NCBI GenBank assembly: GCA_002281855.1
Contig: NCHQ01000026.1
Span: 12,015 to 76,014, forward strand
Length of the DNA: 64,000 bases
DNA from: Rhodospirillales bacterium 24-66-33
GTDB lineage: Bacteria; Pseudomonadota; Alphaproteobacteria; Reyranellales; Reyranellaceae
Reading direction: 5' to 3'
Shown here in pieces: positions 8,583 to 18,723 of the stretch; positions within the stretch are counted from its first letter, which is position 1; every line of letters starts with the position of its first letter. Below the pieces are notes generated by a model. It did no database searches. It was given only the letters and a program-made list of their open reading frames with translations, and was not told where the DNA came from. The position numbers and the translations under genes were made by a program.

Positions 8583-9812
8583 CTACTTCTTCTCGACGTT
8601 GGCCGAGCGCAGCGGCACGCCGAATTCGCGGCGGCAGACCTCGGCCAGGACCTCGACGCCCTTGCGGATCGTCTCGGGCTCCGGATTGGCGAAGCAGAGC
8701 CGCAGGCGCGAGCGGGCATATTCCTTGTTGGTCGACCATTCCTGGCCGGGGTTCAGCGAGACGCCGGCAGCCAGCGCCGCCTGGGCGAGCTTCGTCGTGT
8801 CCACGTTGTCGGGCAGCTTGATCCAGAGGTAGATGCCGCCCTCGGGATCGCCGAACTCGGCCTCGGTGCCGAACTGTTCGGCCAGCGCCTCGCGCAGGAC
8901 CTGCAGCTTGGCCGCCAGGGTCTTGTTGAGCTTGGGCACGTGGTTGGCGAAGTGCTGCGTGCAGAACTCCGCCAGCACCATCTGCTCGAGCGCGCCGGAG
9001 CCTGCGTCCTGCTTGAGGCCTAGGATACGACCGAGAATGTCCCACTTGGCCACGATGTAGCCGACCCGCAGCGCCGGGGCGATCGACTTGGAGAAGGAGC
9101 CGATGAAGATGACGCCTTCGCCCTTGGCCATGGCGTAGAGCGAGCGCGGACGCTTGCCGCTCCAGATCAGGTCGGAATAGCACTCGTCCTCGAAGATCAT
9201 GACGCCGTATTCGGCGGCGATCTTCAGCAGCTCGGCGCGGCGCGCCTCACCCATGATGGCGCCGGTCGGATTCTGCACCGTCGGGATCGTGTAGATGTAC
9301 TTGGGCTTGATACCCTTCTGCTTCAGCTCCTCGAGCTTCTGCTTCAGCACGTCGAGCCGCAGCCCCTCGCCGTCGAGCGGAATGCCCACGACATTGGCGC
9401 CCAGCTTGTTCAGCTTGGTGAGCGCGCCGCCATAGGTCTCCTGTTCGATGATGACGGTGTCGCCTTTCGTCACCAGCAGGCTGTTGATCAGGTCGAGGCC
9501 CTGCATCGAGCCCGAGGTGATCAGGATCTCGTCCGAGGCGCACTCGATGCCGGCATGGTCCTTGAGCTTGGCCGAGAGGAACTCGCGCAGCGGCTTGTAG
9601 CCCAGCGGACCGCTGTTCAGCCCGTAGGTCGCGAGCGTCGCGCCCTCGCGCGTCAGCACGGAGGTCGCCGCATCGATCAGCGCCTGGACGGGCACGTTCG
9701 CGGCGTCGTTATGGCCGCCGATGAAGTTGTATTTCGGAAAGCCGTTCCACTTGGCGGCGGGAGCGGGTGTGCCGGGCGCCAGCAGGGGCGCAAAATCGAA
9801 CGGAGCGGTCAT
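8583..9812 (-). CDS. PLP-dependent aminotransferase (class I/II)
   Basis: The start is placed at MTAPFDF (ATG 9812), preceded by a GAGGAA SD. The PLP-lysine block is GSFSKSIAPALRVGY. Confidence 0.85.
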   Translation of the reverse strand: MTAPFDFAPLLAPGTPAPAAKWNGFPKYNFIGGHNDAANVPVQALIDAATSVLTREGATLATYGLNSGPLGYKPLREFLSAKLKDHAGIECASDEILITSGSMQGLDLINSLLVTKGDTVIIEQETYGGALTKLNKLGANVVGIPLDGEGLRLDVLKQKLEELKQKGIKPKYIYTIPTVQNPTGAIMGEARRAELLKIAAEYGVMIFEDECYSDLIWSGKRPRSLYAMAKGEGVIFIGSFSKSIAPALRVGYIVAKWDILGRILGLKQDAGSGALEQMVLAEFCTQHFANHVPKLNKTLAAKLQVLREALAEQFGTEAEFGDPEGGIYLWIKLPDNVDTTKLAQAALAAGVSLNPGQEWSTNKEYARSRLRLCFANPEPETIRKGVEVLAEVCRREFGVPLRSANVEKK

Positions 9813-9881
9813 GGTCGTTTCCTCGTTGGTTGGCCAATTGCTGGGCCAACCAACGACGTTTCGCAACAATTTTGCGACGGG

Positions 9882-11504
9882 TCAGGCCGTCGCGCGGAAC
9901 GAATCGGTGTGGGCCATGTCCCAGGCCCGCCGCCAGCGCTTGTCGCTCGTGCCCGACACCAGCTCGCCCTCGGCCAGCGCCGGATAGAGGTCGGCGTAGG
10001 TCGCCACGACGCTGGGCGAGACGCGACGGGAGATGTGGATGGGCTTGAAGTCGGTCGGATGGTCGAGGCCGGCGGCGGCGGTGAGCTCGGCCAGCTCGTG
10101 CAGGGTGGCGCTATGGAAATTCACCACGCGTTCCATCTTGTCCGGCACGACCAGCGCCCGCTGGCGGGTCGGATCCTGGGTGGCGACCCCGGTGGGGCAA
10201 CGATCGGTGTGGCAGGACTGCGACTGGATGCAGCCGACCGCGAACATGAAGCCGCGCGCCGAATTGCACCAGTCGGCCCCCAGCGCCATCGCCCGGATGA
10301 TGTCGAAGGCGGTGATGATCTTGCCGGCGACACCGATCTTGATGCGCTGACGGGCGCCGATTCCCACCAGGGCGTTGTGTACGAGATGCAGCCCCTGCCG
10401 CATCGGCTTGCCGACATGGTCGAGGAACTCCATCGGCGCGGCGCCGGTGCCGCCCTCCTTGCCGTCGACGACGATGAAATCCGGATAGATCCCGGTCTCC
10501 AGCATCGCCTTGCAGATCGCCAGGAACTCCCATTCGTGGCCGACGCAGAGCTTGAAGCCGGCCGGCTTGCCGCCGGAGAGACGACGCATTTCGGCAATGA
10601 ACTTCATCATCTCGATGGGCGTCGTGAAGGCGGTGTGGTGCGAGGGCGAGATGCAGTCCACGCCGACCGGGACGCCGCGCGTCAGGGCAATTTCCTCGCT
10701 GACCTTGGGGGCCGGCAGGACACCGCCATGGCCGGGCTTGGCGCCCTGGCTGAGCTTCAGCTCGACCATCTTGACCTGCGGGTTGGCGGCGCCGGCGGCG
10801 AACCGCTCGGCCGAGAAGGTGCCGTCGGGGTTGCGGGCGCCGAAATAGCCGGAGCCGATTTCCCAGATGATGTCGCCGCCGCCCTCGCGATGGTAGGGGC
10901 TGTAGCCGCCTTCGCCGGTATCGTGCGCGAAGCCGCCCAGCCGGGCGCCGCCGTTGAGGGCACGGATGGCGTTGGCGCTGAGCGACCCGAAGCTCATGGC
11001 CGAGATGTTGAAGATCGACGCGGAATAGGGCTGCGTGCAGTCGGGCCCGCCGATGGTGATGCGGAACGGCTCCTTGCTGACCGGCGTGGGCGAGATCGAG
11101 TGCGTCATCCACTCGTAGCCTTCGGCATAGACATCGTAGTTGGTGCCGAAGGGCCGCACGTCCAGCACCAGCTTGGCGCGCTGGTAGACGATCGCGCGCC
11201 GGTCGCGCGGAAACGGCAGGCCGTCCTTCTCGCCCTCGAAGAAGTACTGGCGCATCTCGGGCCGGATCGCCTCGAAGATGAAGCGCAGATGGGCGGCGAT
11301 CGGATAGTTGCGCAACACCGCATGCTTCGTCTGGAGATAGTCGTAGAGGCCCACGAGTGCCAGGAAGAGAGCGATGGCGAACGCGACGCCGATCCACCAC
11401 GAGCGCGGATCGACGGCCCAGGCGATGCCCAGCAGCACGGCGAAGGCGGTCGCCAGCGTCCAGGTGATGAATCGCGGCGTGAGCGGCAGCGGCATCGATT
11501 TCAT
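9882..11504 (-). CDS. FMN-binding glutamate-synthase-family protein (GltB domain-2-like) with N-terminal TM helices
   Basis: 540 aa with two N-terminal TM segments. GGEGG..YH, KLSQGAKPGHGG.LP and DGKEGGTGAAP are blocks characteristic of the GltS FMN domain. Confidence 0.9.
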   Translation of the reverse strand: MKSMPLPLTPRFITWTLATAFAVLLGIAWAVDPRSWWIGVAFAIALFLALVGLYDYLQTKHAVLRNYPIAAHLRFIFEAIRPEMRQYFFEGEKDGLPFPRDRRAIVYQRAKLVLDVRPFGTNYDVYAEGYEWMTHSISPTPVSKEPFRITIGGPDCTQPYSASIFNISAMSFGSLSANAIRALNGGARLGGFAHDTGEGGYSPYHREGGGDIIWEIGSGYFGARNPDGTFSAERFAAGAANPQVKMVELKLSQGAKPGHGGVLPAPKVSEEIALTRGVPVGVDCISPSHHTAFTTPIEMMKFIAEMRRLSGGKPAGFKLCVGHEWEFLAICKAMLETGIYPDFIVVDGKEGGTGAAPMEFLDHVGKPMRQGLHLVHNALVGIGARQRIKIGVAGKIITAFDIIRAMALGADWCNSARGFMFAVGCIQSQSCHTDRCPTGVATQDPTRQRALVVPDKMERVVNFHSATLHELAELTAAAGLDHPTDFKPIHISRRVSPSVVATYADLYPALAEGELVSGTSDKRWRRAWDMAHTDSFRATA

Positions 11505-11559
11505 TCGGTTTCCTCAGGCTTCGTTGGCGGGCCGGATGCCCGCCGTCACTCTAGCGCAC

Positions 11560-12621
11560 TTAACTGCGTTCGAATGACACGCTCTTGACGACCGCGTAGA
11601 CCGGCCGCCCGGGAGCCAGGGCCAACCGATCGACCGACTTGGCGGTCAGCCGGGCCACCAGGACGGCGCCGTTGCAGTCCAGACGGATGTCGGCCTGCGC
11701 CGTCGACGTCGGGACAATCGACACGACCCGCCCCGCCAGCACGTTCAGCGCGCTGATCTCCTCGGGCCGCTGCAGGCTGAGCATCACGTCCCGTGCCCGG
11801 ATGTAGGCGCGCACCGGCGCCCCGATGGGGGCCTCGAGCCGCGGCACCTGCAATTCGCCTGCGGCGCTTTCCAGCACCGACAGGTGGAACGCCTCGTCGT
11901 GGCGGACGATCCTCGCGTCCAGCACCGCGCCGCCATCGGCGGCATCGGCCATCGGCAGGATGTCCTGGACCGGCCCGACCGCGGTCACCGTGCCCTCGGC
12001 CATGATCACGACCGTCGTGGCGAGCCGGGCAACCTCGGAGACCGAGTGGCTGACATAGAGGATGGGGACGCCGGCTTCGTCGCGCAGCCGCTCGATGAAG
12101 GGCAGGATCTCGGCCCGCCGCGCTTCGTCGAGCGAGGCCAGCGGCTCGTCCATGAGGAGCAGCCGCGGCCTCGCCAGCAGGGCCCGGCCGATCGCGACGC
12201 GCTGCTTCTCGCCGCCCGACAGCGAGTCGGGTTGGCGCTCGAGCAGATGGCCGATGCCCAGCAGCTCGACCACGCTGCCGAGATCGGCCGACGCGCCGCC
12301 GCCGCCGCGGACGAACCAGCGCCCGTAGAGCAGGTTGCGCCGCACGCTGAGATGCGGAAACAGGCGGCTGTCCTGGAAAACGTAGCCGATGCGCCTTTTA
12401 TGCGCGGGCACGAAGAGGCCGCGCTCTGTATCGACGAGCGTCTGCCCGTCGATGACGACGCGACCGCGGTCGGGTCGGATCAGCCCGCCGACGATGCTGA
12501 CCAGGCTGGTCTTGCCCGAGCCCGAGCGGCCGAACAGGGCGGTCAGCCCCGGCGCGGCGGTGAAACGGGCCTGGAGCCGGAAACGGCCGCGCCTGTGGTC
12601 GACGTCGACCTCGAGGCTCAT
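11560..12621 (-). CDS. modC: Molybdate ABC transporter ATP-binding protein
   Basis: Walker A is GRSGSGKTS, the signature is LSGGEKQRV and Walker B is LLLMDEP. The C-terminal TOBE-like domain (RVVSI...DIRLD...LVARLT) is typical of ModC. There is a 4-nt overlap with modB. Confidence 0.85.
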   Translation of the reverse strand: MSLEVDVDHRRGRFRLQARFTAAPGLTALFGRSGSGKTSLVSIVGGLIRPDRGRVVIDGQTLVDTERGLFVPAHKRRIGYVFQDSRLFPHLSVRRNLLYGRWFVRGGGGASADLGSVVELLGIGHLLERQPDSLSGGEKQRVAIGRALLARPRLLLMDEPLASLDEARRAEILPFIERLRDEAGVPILYVSHSVSEVARLATTVVIMAEGTVTAVGPVQDILPMADAADGGAVLDARIVRHDEAFHLSVLESAAGELQVPRLEAPIGAPVRAYIRARDVMLSLQRPEEISALNVLAGRVVSIVPTSTAQADIRLDCNGAVLVARLTAKSVDRLALAPGRPVYAVVKSVSFERS

Positions 12622-13304
12622 GCCGCCTGCCGCCGCGCGCCGATGCGCTTGGCCAGGAGCTCGGACCCGAGCAGCGCCAGCATGGAGATCGCGATCGACA
12701 CCAGGGTGAGGCGCATCGCGGCAGCGTCGCCGCCCGGCACCTGGGTCAGGGTGTAGATCAAGGCCGGCAGCGTCTGGGTTTCGCCCGGGATGTTAGACAC
12801 GAAGGTGATGGTCGCGCCGAACTCGCCCATCGACTTGGCGAAGGCGAGGATCGCGCCGGCGATGATGCCGGGCAGGCAGAGCGGCAGGGTGATGGTCGCG
12901 AAGACCCAGAGCGGATGGGCGCCCAGCGTGCCCGCGGCCGCTTCGAGGCGCTGGTCCACGGCCTCGATGGACAGGCGGATGGCGCGCACCAGCAGCGGAA
13001 AGCCCATGACGGCGCAGGCCAGCGCCGCGCCGGTCCAACGGAAGGAGAAGACGATGCCGAATTCGTCGGCGAGGAAGCTGCCGATCGGGCCGCGCCGGCC
13101 GAACGAGAGCAGCAGCAGGTAGCCGGTGACGACGGGCGGCAGGATCAGCGGCAGATGGACCAGCGTGTCGAGCAGGCTCTTGCCCCAGAAGCGTCTGCGC
13201 GCCAGCAGCCAGGCAATGGCGATGCCGAACGGCAGGCTGCAGAGCGTCGCCGTCGTGGCGATCAGGAGGCTCAGCCTTACGGCCGTCCATTCGTCCGGAG
13301 TCAT
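12618..13304 (-). CDS. modB: Molybdate ABC transporter permease
   Basis: 228 aa and 5-6 TM segments. The EAA loop is IEAVDQRLEAAAGTLGA..W..F..ITLPL, followed by the GEFGATI block. Confidence 0.8.
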   Translation of the reverse strand: MTPDEWTAVRLSLLIATTATLCSLPFGIAIAWLLARRRFWGKSLLDTLVHLPLILPPVVTGYLLLLSFGRRGPIGSFLADEFGIVFSFRWTGAALACAVMGFPLLVRAIRLSIEAVDQRLEAAAGTLGAHPLWVFATITLPLCLPGIIAGAILAFAKSMGEFGATITFVSNIPGETQTLPALIYTLTQVPGGDAAAMRLTLVSIAISMLALLGSELLAKRIGARRQAA

Positions 13305-13316
13305 GTCCTCTTCCGA

Positions 13317-14168
13317 TCAGGAAGGCGATATAGTCCTTCGGATATAGCGCTGCGTCCAGAGCCTGGTCGCCGCAGCGAGCCCGCGCCGCAGCGCGACCAG
13401 GGCGATCGCGAGCAGGGAGACCGCCAGCACCTTCTGCGCCGGCCGCGGCACCAGCTCGGGGTCGAGGTTGGCGGCCAGCACGCGCATCGGATCGATCCCG
13501 TTCACCAGCCCGTACCACGACGCTTCGAAAACGACCGTGATCAGCGTGGCGGCGGCGGCGAGCAGGAACAGGCCGCCGAAGCTCGTGCGGAGCCTCGGCG
13601 GCAGCACGCGCCACAGCATCAGCCAGGCGAACAGTCCGGCGGCGAAGGCCGCCTCGCCGATCTTGACCTTCGACTGGATGAAGAAGTGCAGGAGGGCCAG
13701 CGCGACGGCGGGATAGACCAGCCAGTGCAGGCGCTTCCAGTTGCGCTTCAGCCGCTTCTGCCAGCCGTTGGTCGAGGTGATCGCCAGCGCCACGAGGGCG
13801 AGGAGGGCCACGAAGCCGATGGTGAGATAGAAGCGCTTCACGATCTCCGTGGCGACGACGATCAGGTTCCATTTCTGGTCGAGCAGGTAGATCAGCAGGT
13901 GGGCGACGGCGTAGAGGGCAGCCGCTACGCCGACCCGTCGCCGGATGTGGATCAGCGGAGACCAGTCGAAGACGGCGCGCGCCGGCGTCAGCGCCAGCGA
14001 GACCAGCAGGAACGCGACGGCCCAGTCGCCGGTGGCATGCGTGGCCAGCGTCACGGGACGCGGATCGAGATCGCCCGTGTACCAGCGCCAGGCGAGATCG
14101 ACGGCGGGCAGGCAGAGGGCGACCAGCGTCGCGAGCCTCAGCCAGAAGATGATTCGCTGATTGGTCAC
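13317..14168 (-). CDS. MsrQ/YedZ-like ferric-reductase-type heme-b membrane protein with about 70-aa C-terminal TM extension
   Basis: The TGDWAVAFLLVSLALTPA, IRRRVGVAAALYAVAHLLIY and WKRLHWLVYPAVALALLHFF blocks carry conserved His in the TM helices, as in MsrQ. The stop lies 12 nt upstream of modB. Confidence 0.7.
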   Translation of the reverse strand: MTNQRIIFWLRLATLVALCLPAVDLAWRWYTGDLDPRPVTLATHATGDWAVAFLLVSLALTPARAVFDWSPLIHIRRRVGVAAALYAVAHLLIYLLDQKWNLIVVATEIVKRFYLTIGFVALLALVALAITSTNGWQKRLKRNWKRLHWLVYPAVALALLHFFIQSKVKIGEAAFAAGLFAWLMLWRVLPPRLRTSFGGLFLLAAAATLITVVFEASWYGLVNGIDPMRVLAANLDPELVPRPAQKVLAVSLLAIALVALRRGLAAATRLWTQRYIRRTISPS

Positions 14169-14215
14169 GCGAAAACCCTATCCGATGGCGCGATCAACGG
14201 CGGGTCAAAGATACG

Positions 14216-14896
14216 TCATCGCTGGTTGCCGAACAGGAACTTGTAGGTGCCGAACGTGGGTGCCGTCTCGACACCGAAGGACTTGAGTCGCGAGATCGTG
14301 AACAGGGAACGCGCGGCAGCGCCGACGGCTGAAACATCCGAGCCCTCGAGCAGTACGACCCATTCGGACTCGTCGGCCCGGGGATGGTCCATGCTCTTGT
14401 CCTGCAGGGGCGCGTGGACGACTTCGAGATCATTCTCGCCGACCGCGGCGCCCATGACGCCGGGACGCGCGGTCAGCTTCGGGAGCGCCTGCTCGGAGAG
14501 CCATTGGACCAACGCCTTGCGCCGGTGCGGATCCGGCACGAAGCGGACCGTGGCCAGCGCCGCGCCCGCTCCGTGCGTCTGGTCGACATGGATGCGAAGG
14601 GTCAGCCGGGTGAAATGTGTGAAGCGCGCCATCACCCTCTGGCTCCAAGGCGTCTGGTGATCCAGCGTCTGGAGATAGTTCGGCGTGCCGAGGATGGCGA
14701 CGGTGTCGCACTCGTAGACGGCGAGATATTTGGGCTTGCCGCGCACCGCGGCGTAGCGCCGGCCGCGATGGAATCCCGGCAGGTTCACGCGATCGTCGAT
14801 ATGCTCGCGGTTGTACCACTCGTTGTAGTCGCGCTCGTCCCGCGCCGACACGTCGGTGAACGTGAGCAGCATTCCCTTGCCGAAGAGGGACATCAT
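14216..14896 (-). CDS. Hypothetical protein (possibly a tandem ferredoxin-like / EthD-like fold)
   Basis: 226-aa ORF with normal composition and strong third-position GC. The N-terminal block LLTFTDV....E.DYNEWYN.EH resembles DUF4286/EthD-type proteins. That assignment is tentative. Confidence 0.6.
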   Translation of the reverse strand: MMSLFGKGMLLTFTDVSARDERDYNEWYNREHIDDRVNLPGFHRGRRYAAVRGKPKYLAVYECDTVAILGTPNYLQTLDHQTPWSQRVMARFTHFTRLTLRIHVDQTHGAGAALATVRFVPDPHRRKALVQWLSEQALPKLTARPGVMGAAVGENDLEVVHAPLQDKSMDHPRADESEWVVLLEGSDVSAVGAAARSLFTISRLKSFGVETAPTFGTYKFLFGNQR

Positions 14897-15006
14897 GACT
14901 CCTGTCGTGGACGCTCCGGATCCAAGCTCAACCTAACATCTTGCGGGCGTGCCTTGCATCTTCCGTAGCAGGCCCGTGCCGCGGCCGGGCGGTCAACACG
15001 CGCTTT

Positions 15007-15420
15007 TCACGCTCCGCCTCCCAGGTAGATCAGTGCGAGCAGAGCGAGCACGAGACACACGGCGGCCCAGAACCGCCACCTCAGGAAAATCCGGGAACCC
15101 AGGGGAGCCGGTCGGTGACGGCTCACCTGGGGTAGCGTGTCGACGATGCGCTGGGCGGTGCCTGCGGCGTCGCCCAGGGTCCAGCGCGTGTCGGGCAGGT
15201 TGATGAAGGTCGCGGCCAGGGATTTTGCCGCCTCGACGCGCGGCAGGAGCGCCAGGCGAGCCGCCTCCTGCCAGGGGTCGATACCGATACGTGTCAGCGC
15301 CGTGAGGACGGTGATGTCCTCGCCGCTGTTCGCGGCATCGCGTCTTTCGGTGCCGACGACGGTGAACAGAAAGGCCGTGTAACGGGCCCGGCTCAGCGCA
15401 TAGTCGGGAAGAACGGTCAT
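15007..15420 (-). CDS. Hypothetical tail-anchored membrane protein (paralog of 15506..16048)
   Basis: The start is moved to MTVLPDYAL (ATG 15420) by alignment with the paralog start MTLRPEYSL. It has the shared block TVLTALTRIGIDPWQEAARLA.LPR and a single C-terminal TM helix, FWAAVCLVLALLALIYLG. Confidence 0.65.
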   Translation of the reverse strand: MTVLPDYALSRARYTAFLFTVVGTERRDAANSGEDITVLTALTRIGIDPWQEAARLALLPRVEAAKSLAATFINLPDTRWTLGDAAGTAQRIVDTLPQVSRHRPAPLGSRIFLRWRFWAAVCLVLALLALIYLGGGA

Positions 15421-15505
15421 GGGCACCAGGTCGTACGGGGCGTGCAAGGGGAGATTTTGCGCGTGGCGCTGCAGGAGCGACCGCGCCGTGGAGCGCCTTC
15501 AGGAG

Positions 15506-16048
15506 TCAGGAGTTCTGCTGGAACTCTCGTCCCTCGGATTCGAGGTTGCGGCTGGGCGCGAGCTGCACGAGAAGGAAATAGAACGCCAGCGCGAGCGCTC
15601 CCCACATCAGCCAGCTCGCAAGACCCGGCTTCGGCTTCGGGAAACCGGCCCGCGTTGCCGTTGCAGGCCCACCCTGCTTGGCCTTCGGACGACCCGTCCG
15701 TTCGGACATGATGGCCGCTTCCAGCGAGGCGCGGGCTTCTTGTGTCTGCGGAATGTCGGCGACGGCGCCCTCTGGCAGCAACGCGACCAGGCGGGCCGCG
15801 ATCGTTGCGGCCTCGCTCGCCGGTGCCGTCCTGTCGGGCAGTCGAAGGATGGTGGCAGCCAGAGCCTCGGCCGCCGCGTCGCGCGGCAAGGCAGCGAGAC
15901 GCGCCGCCTCCTGCCACGGATCGATGCCGAGTCGCGACAGAGCCGAGAGCACGGTGACCTCCGTGCCCGCCGCGTCCTGGCCCAGCGAACCGAAGAGGAA
16001 GCCGTTATAGGCCGAGTGGCCGAGCGAATATTCCGGACGCAGAGTCAT
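15506..16048 (-). CDS. Hypothetical tail-anchored membrane protein (paralog of 15007..15420)
   Basis: The start is at MTLRPEYS (ATG 16048); the longer track ORF would overlap the groEL tail. It has the shared block TVLSALSRLGIDPWQEAARLAALPR and a C-terminal TM helix, WLMWGALALAFYFLLV. Confidence 0.65.
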   Translation of the reverse strand: MTLRPEYSLGHSAYNGFLFGSLGQDAAGTEVTVLSALSRLGIDPWQEAARLAALPRDAAAEALAATILRLPDRTAPASEAATIAARLVALLPEGAVADIPQTQEARASLEAAIMSERTGRPKAKQGGPATATRAGFPKPKPGLASWLMWGALALAFYFLLVQLAPSRNLESEGREFQQNS

Positions 16049-16094
16049 AGGGCCTCCGGCGCAAGTTGCCTGTTCGCGACGGTGAGGACACGGG

Positions 16095-17834
<1,740 letters not shown>

Positions 17835-17935
17835 CTAGATGGGGGCGTTGACCTGCAAAAGCCAGCGATTAATCGGACAGGCTATGTCCGAAAGACTACA
17901 TAAGACAGTCGGAGGTCCACCGCAAAGGAGGCTCC

Positions 17936-18589
17936 ATGGCGCGGAAAGCTGCAGGCCGCTTCGATCCCAAGGCCTTCCTGGCAACGGTGAGCCGCGGCCG
18001 GACGGTCAACGAGCATCGCCGGAACGGGGTTATCTTCCGGCAAGCGATGCCGTCCGATGCGGTGTTCTATGTGCTGCGTGGGCGGGTGAAGCTTGTCGTC
18101 ACCTCCAAGCAGGGCAAGGAGGCCGTGGTCGGGATCATGGGGCCCGGCGAGTTCTTCGGCGAAGGCTGTCTGATCGGCCAGCCGCTCAGGCTCGCGACGG
18201 CCAAGGCGCTGGTCGACTGCGAAGTCACACGGGTCGACAAGAACGAGATGCTCCGCGTGCTTCACGACGAGCCGGCGTTCGGCGAGATTTTCATGAAGCA
18301 TCTGCTGACGCGGAACAGCCGGGTCGAGGAAGATCTGGTCGACCAGCTCTTCAATTCGAGCGAGAAGCGGTTGGCCCGCACGCTGTTGCTGCTGGCGAAC
18401 TTCGGCAAGGAAGGCGGGCCACAGCCGATCATGACCAGGATCAGTCAGGAGACGCTGGCCGAGATCATCGGGACGACCCGTCCGCGTGTCAGCCATTTCA
18501 TGAACAAGTTCAGGAAGCTTGGCTTCATTTCCTACAACGGCCACCTGCACATTCACAGCTCGCTGCTCAGCGTGTTGCTGCAGGAATAG
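17936..18589 (+). CDS. Crp/Fnr-family transcriptional regulator
   Basis: The cNMP-binding-like beta-roll is FYVLRGRVKL...GPGEFFGE and the C-terminal HTH is ISQETLAEIIGTTRPRVSHFMNKFRKLG. There is no N-terminal Cys cluster, so it is not a classical FNR. Confidence 0.9.
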   Translation: MARKAAGRFDPKAFLATVSRGRTVNEHRRNGVIFRQAMPSDAVFYVLRGRVKLVVTSKQGKEAVVGIMGPGEFFGEGCLIGQPLRLATAKALVDCEVTRVDKNEMLRVLHDEPAFGEIFMKHLLTRNSRVEEDLVDQLFNSSEKRLARTLLLLANFGKEGGPQPIMTRISQETLAEIIGTTRPRVSHFMNKFRKLGFISYNGHLHIHSSLLSVLLQE

Positions 18590-18723
18590 GCATCAGGGAG
18601 CGGAGGGTGCGGCCTTTGGCCGACTGGTCACTATTGGACAGACTCTCGCCGCGGCGCAGCATACCTTGCGACGGTATCGCGGCAGGGGATTTTTCCCGCG
18701 ATACTCGCCGGGGGGCGCATTTC

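Noticed and set aside
14169-14215. A Moco riboswitch or ModE box upstream of the msrQ-like/modBC genes.
   Set aside because: The spacer is only 47 nt, too short for the roughly 130-nt Moco RNA motif. I saw no convincing ModE-type palindrome.
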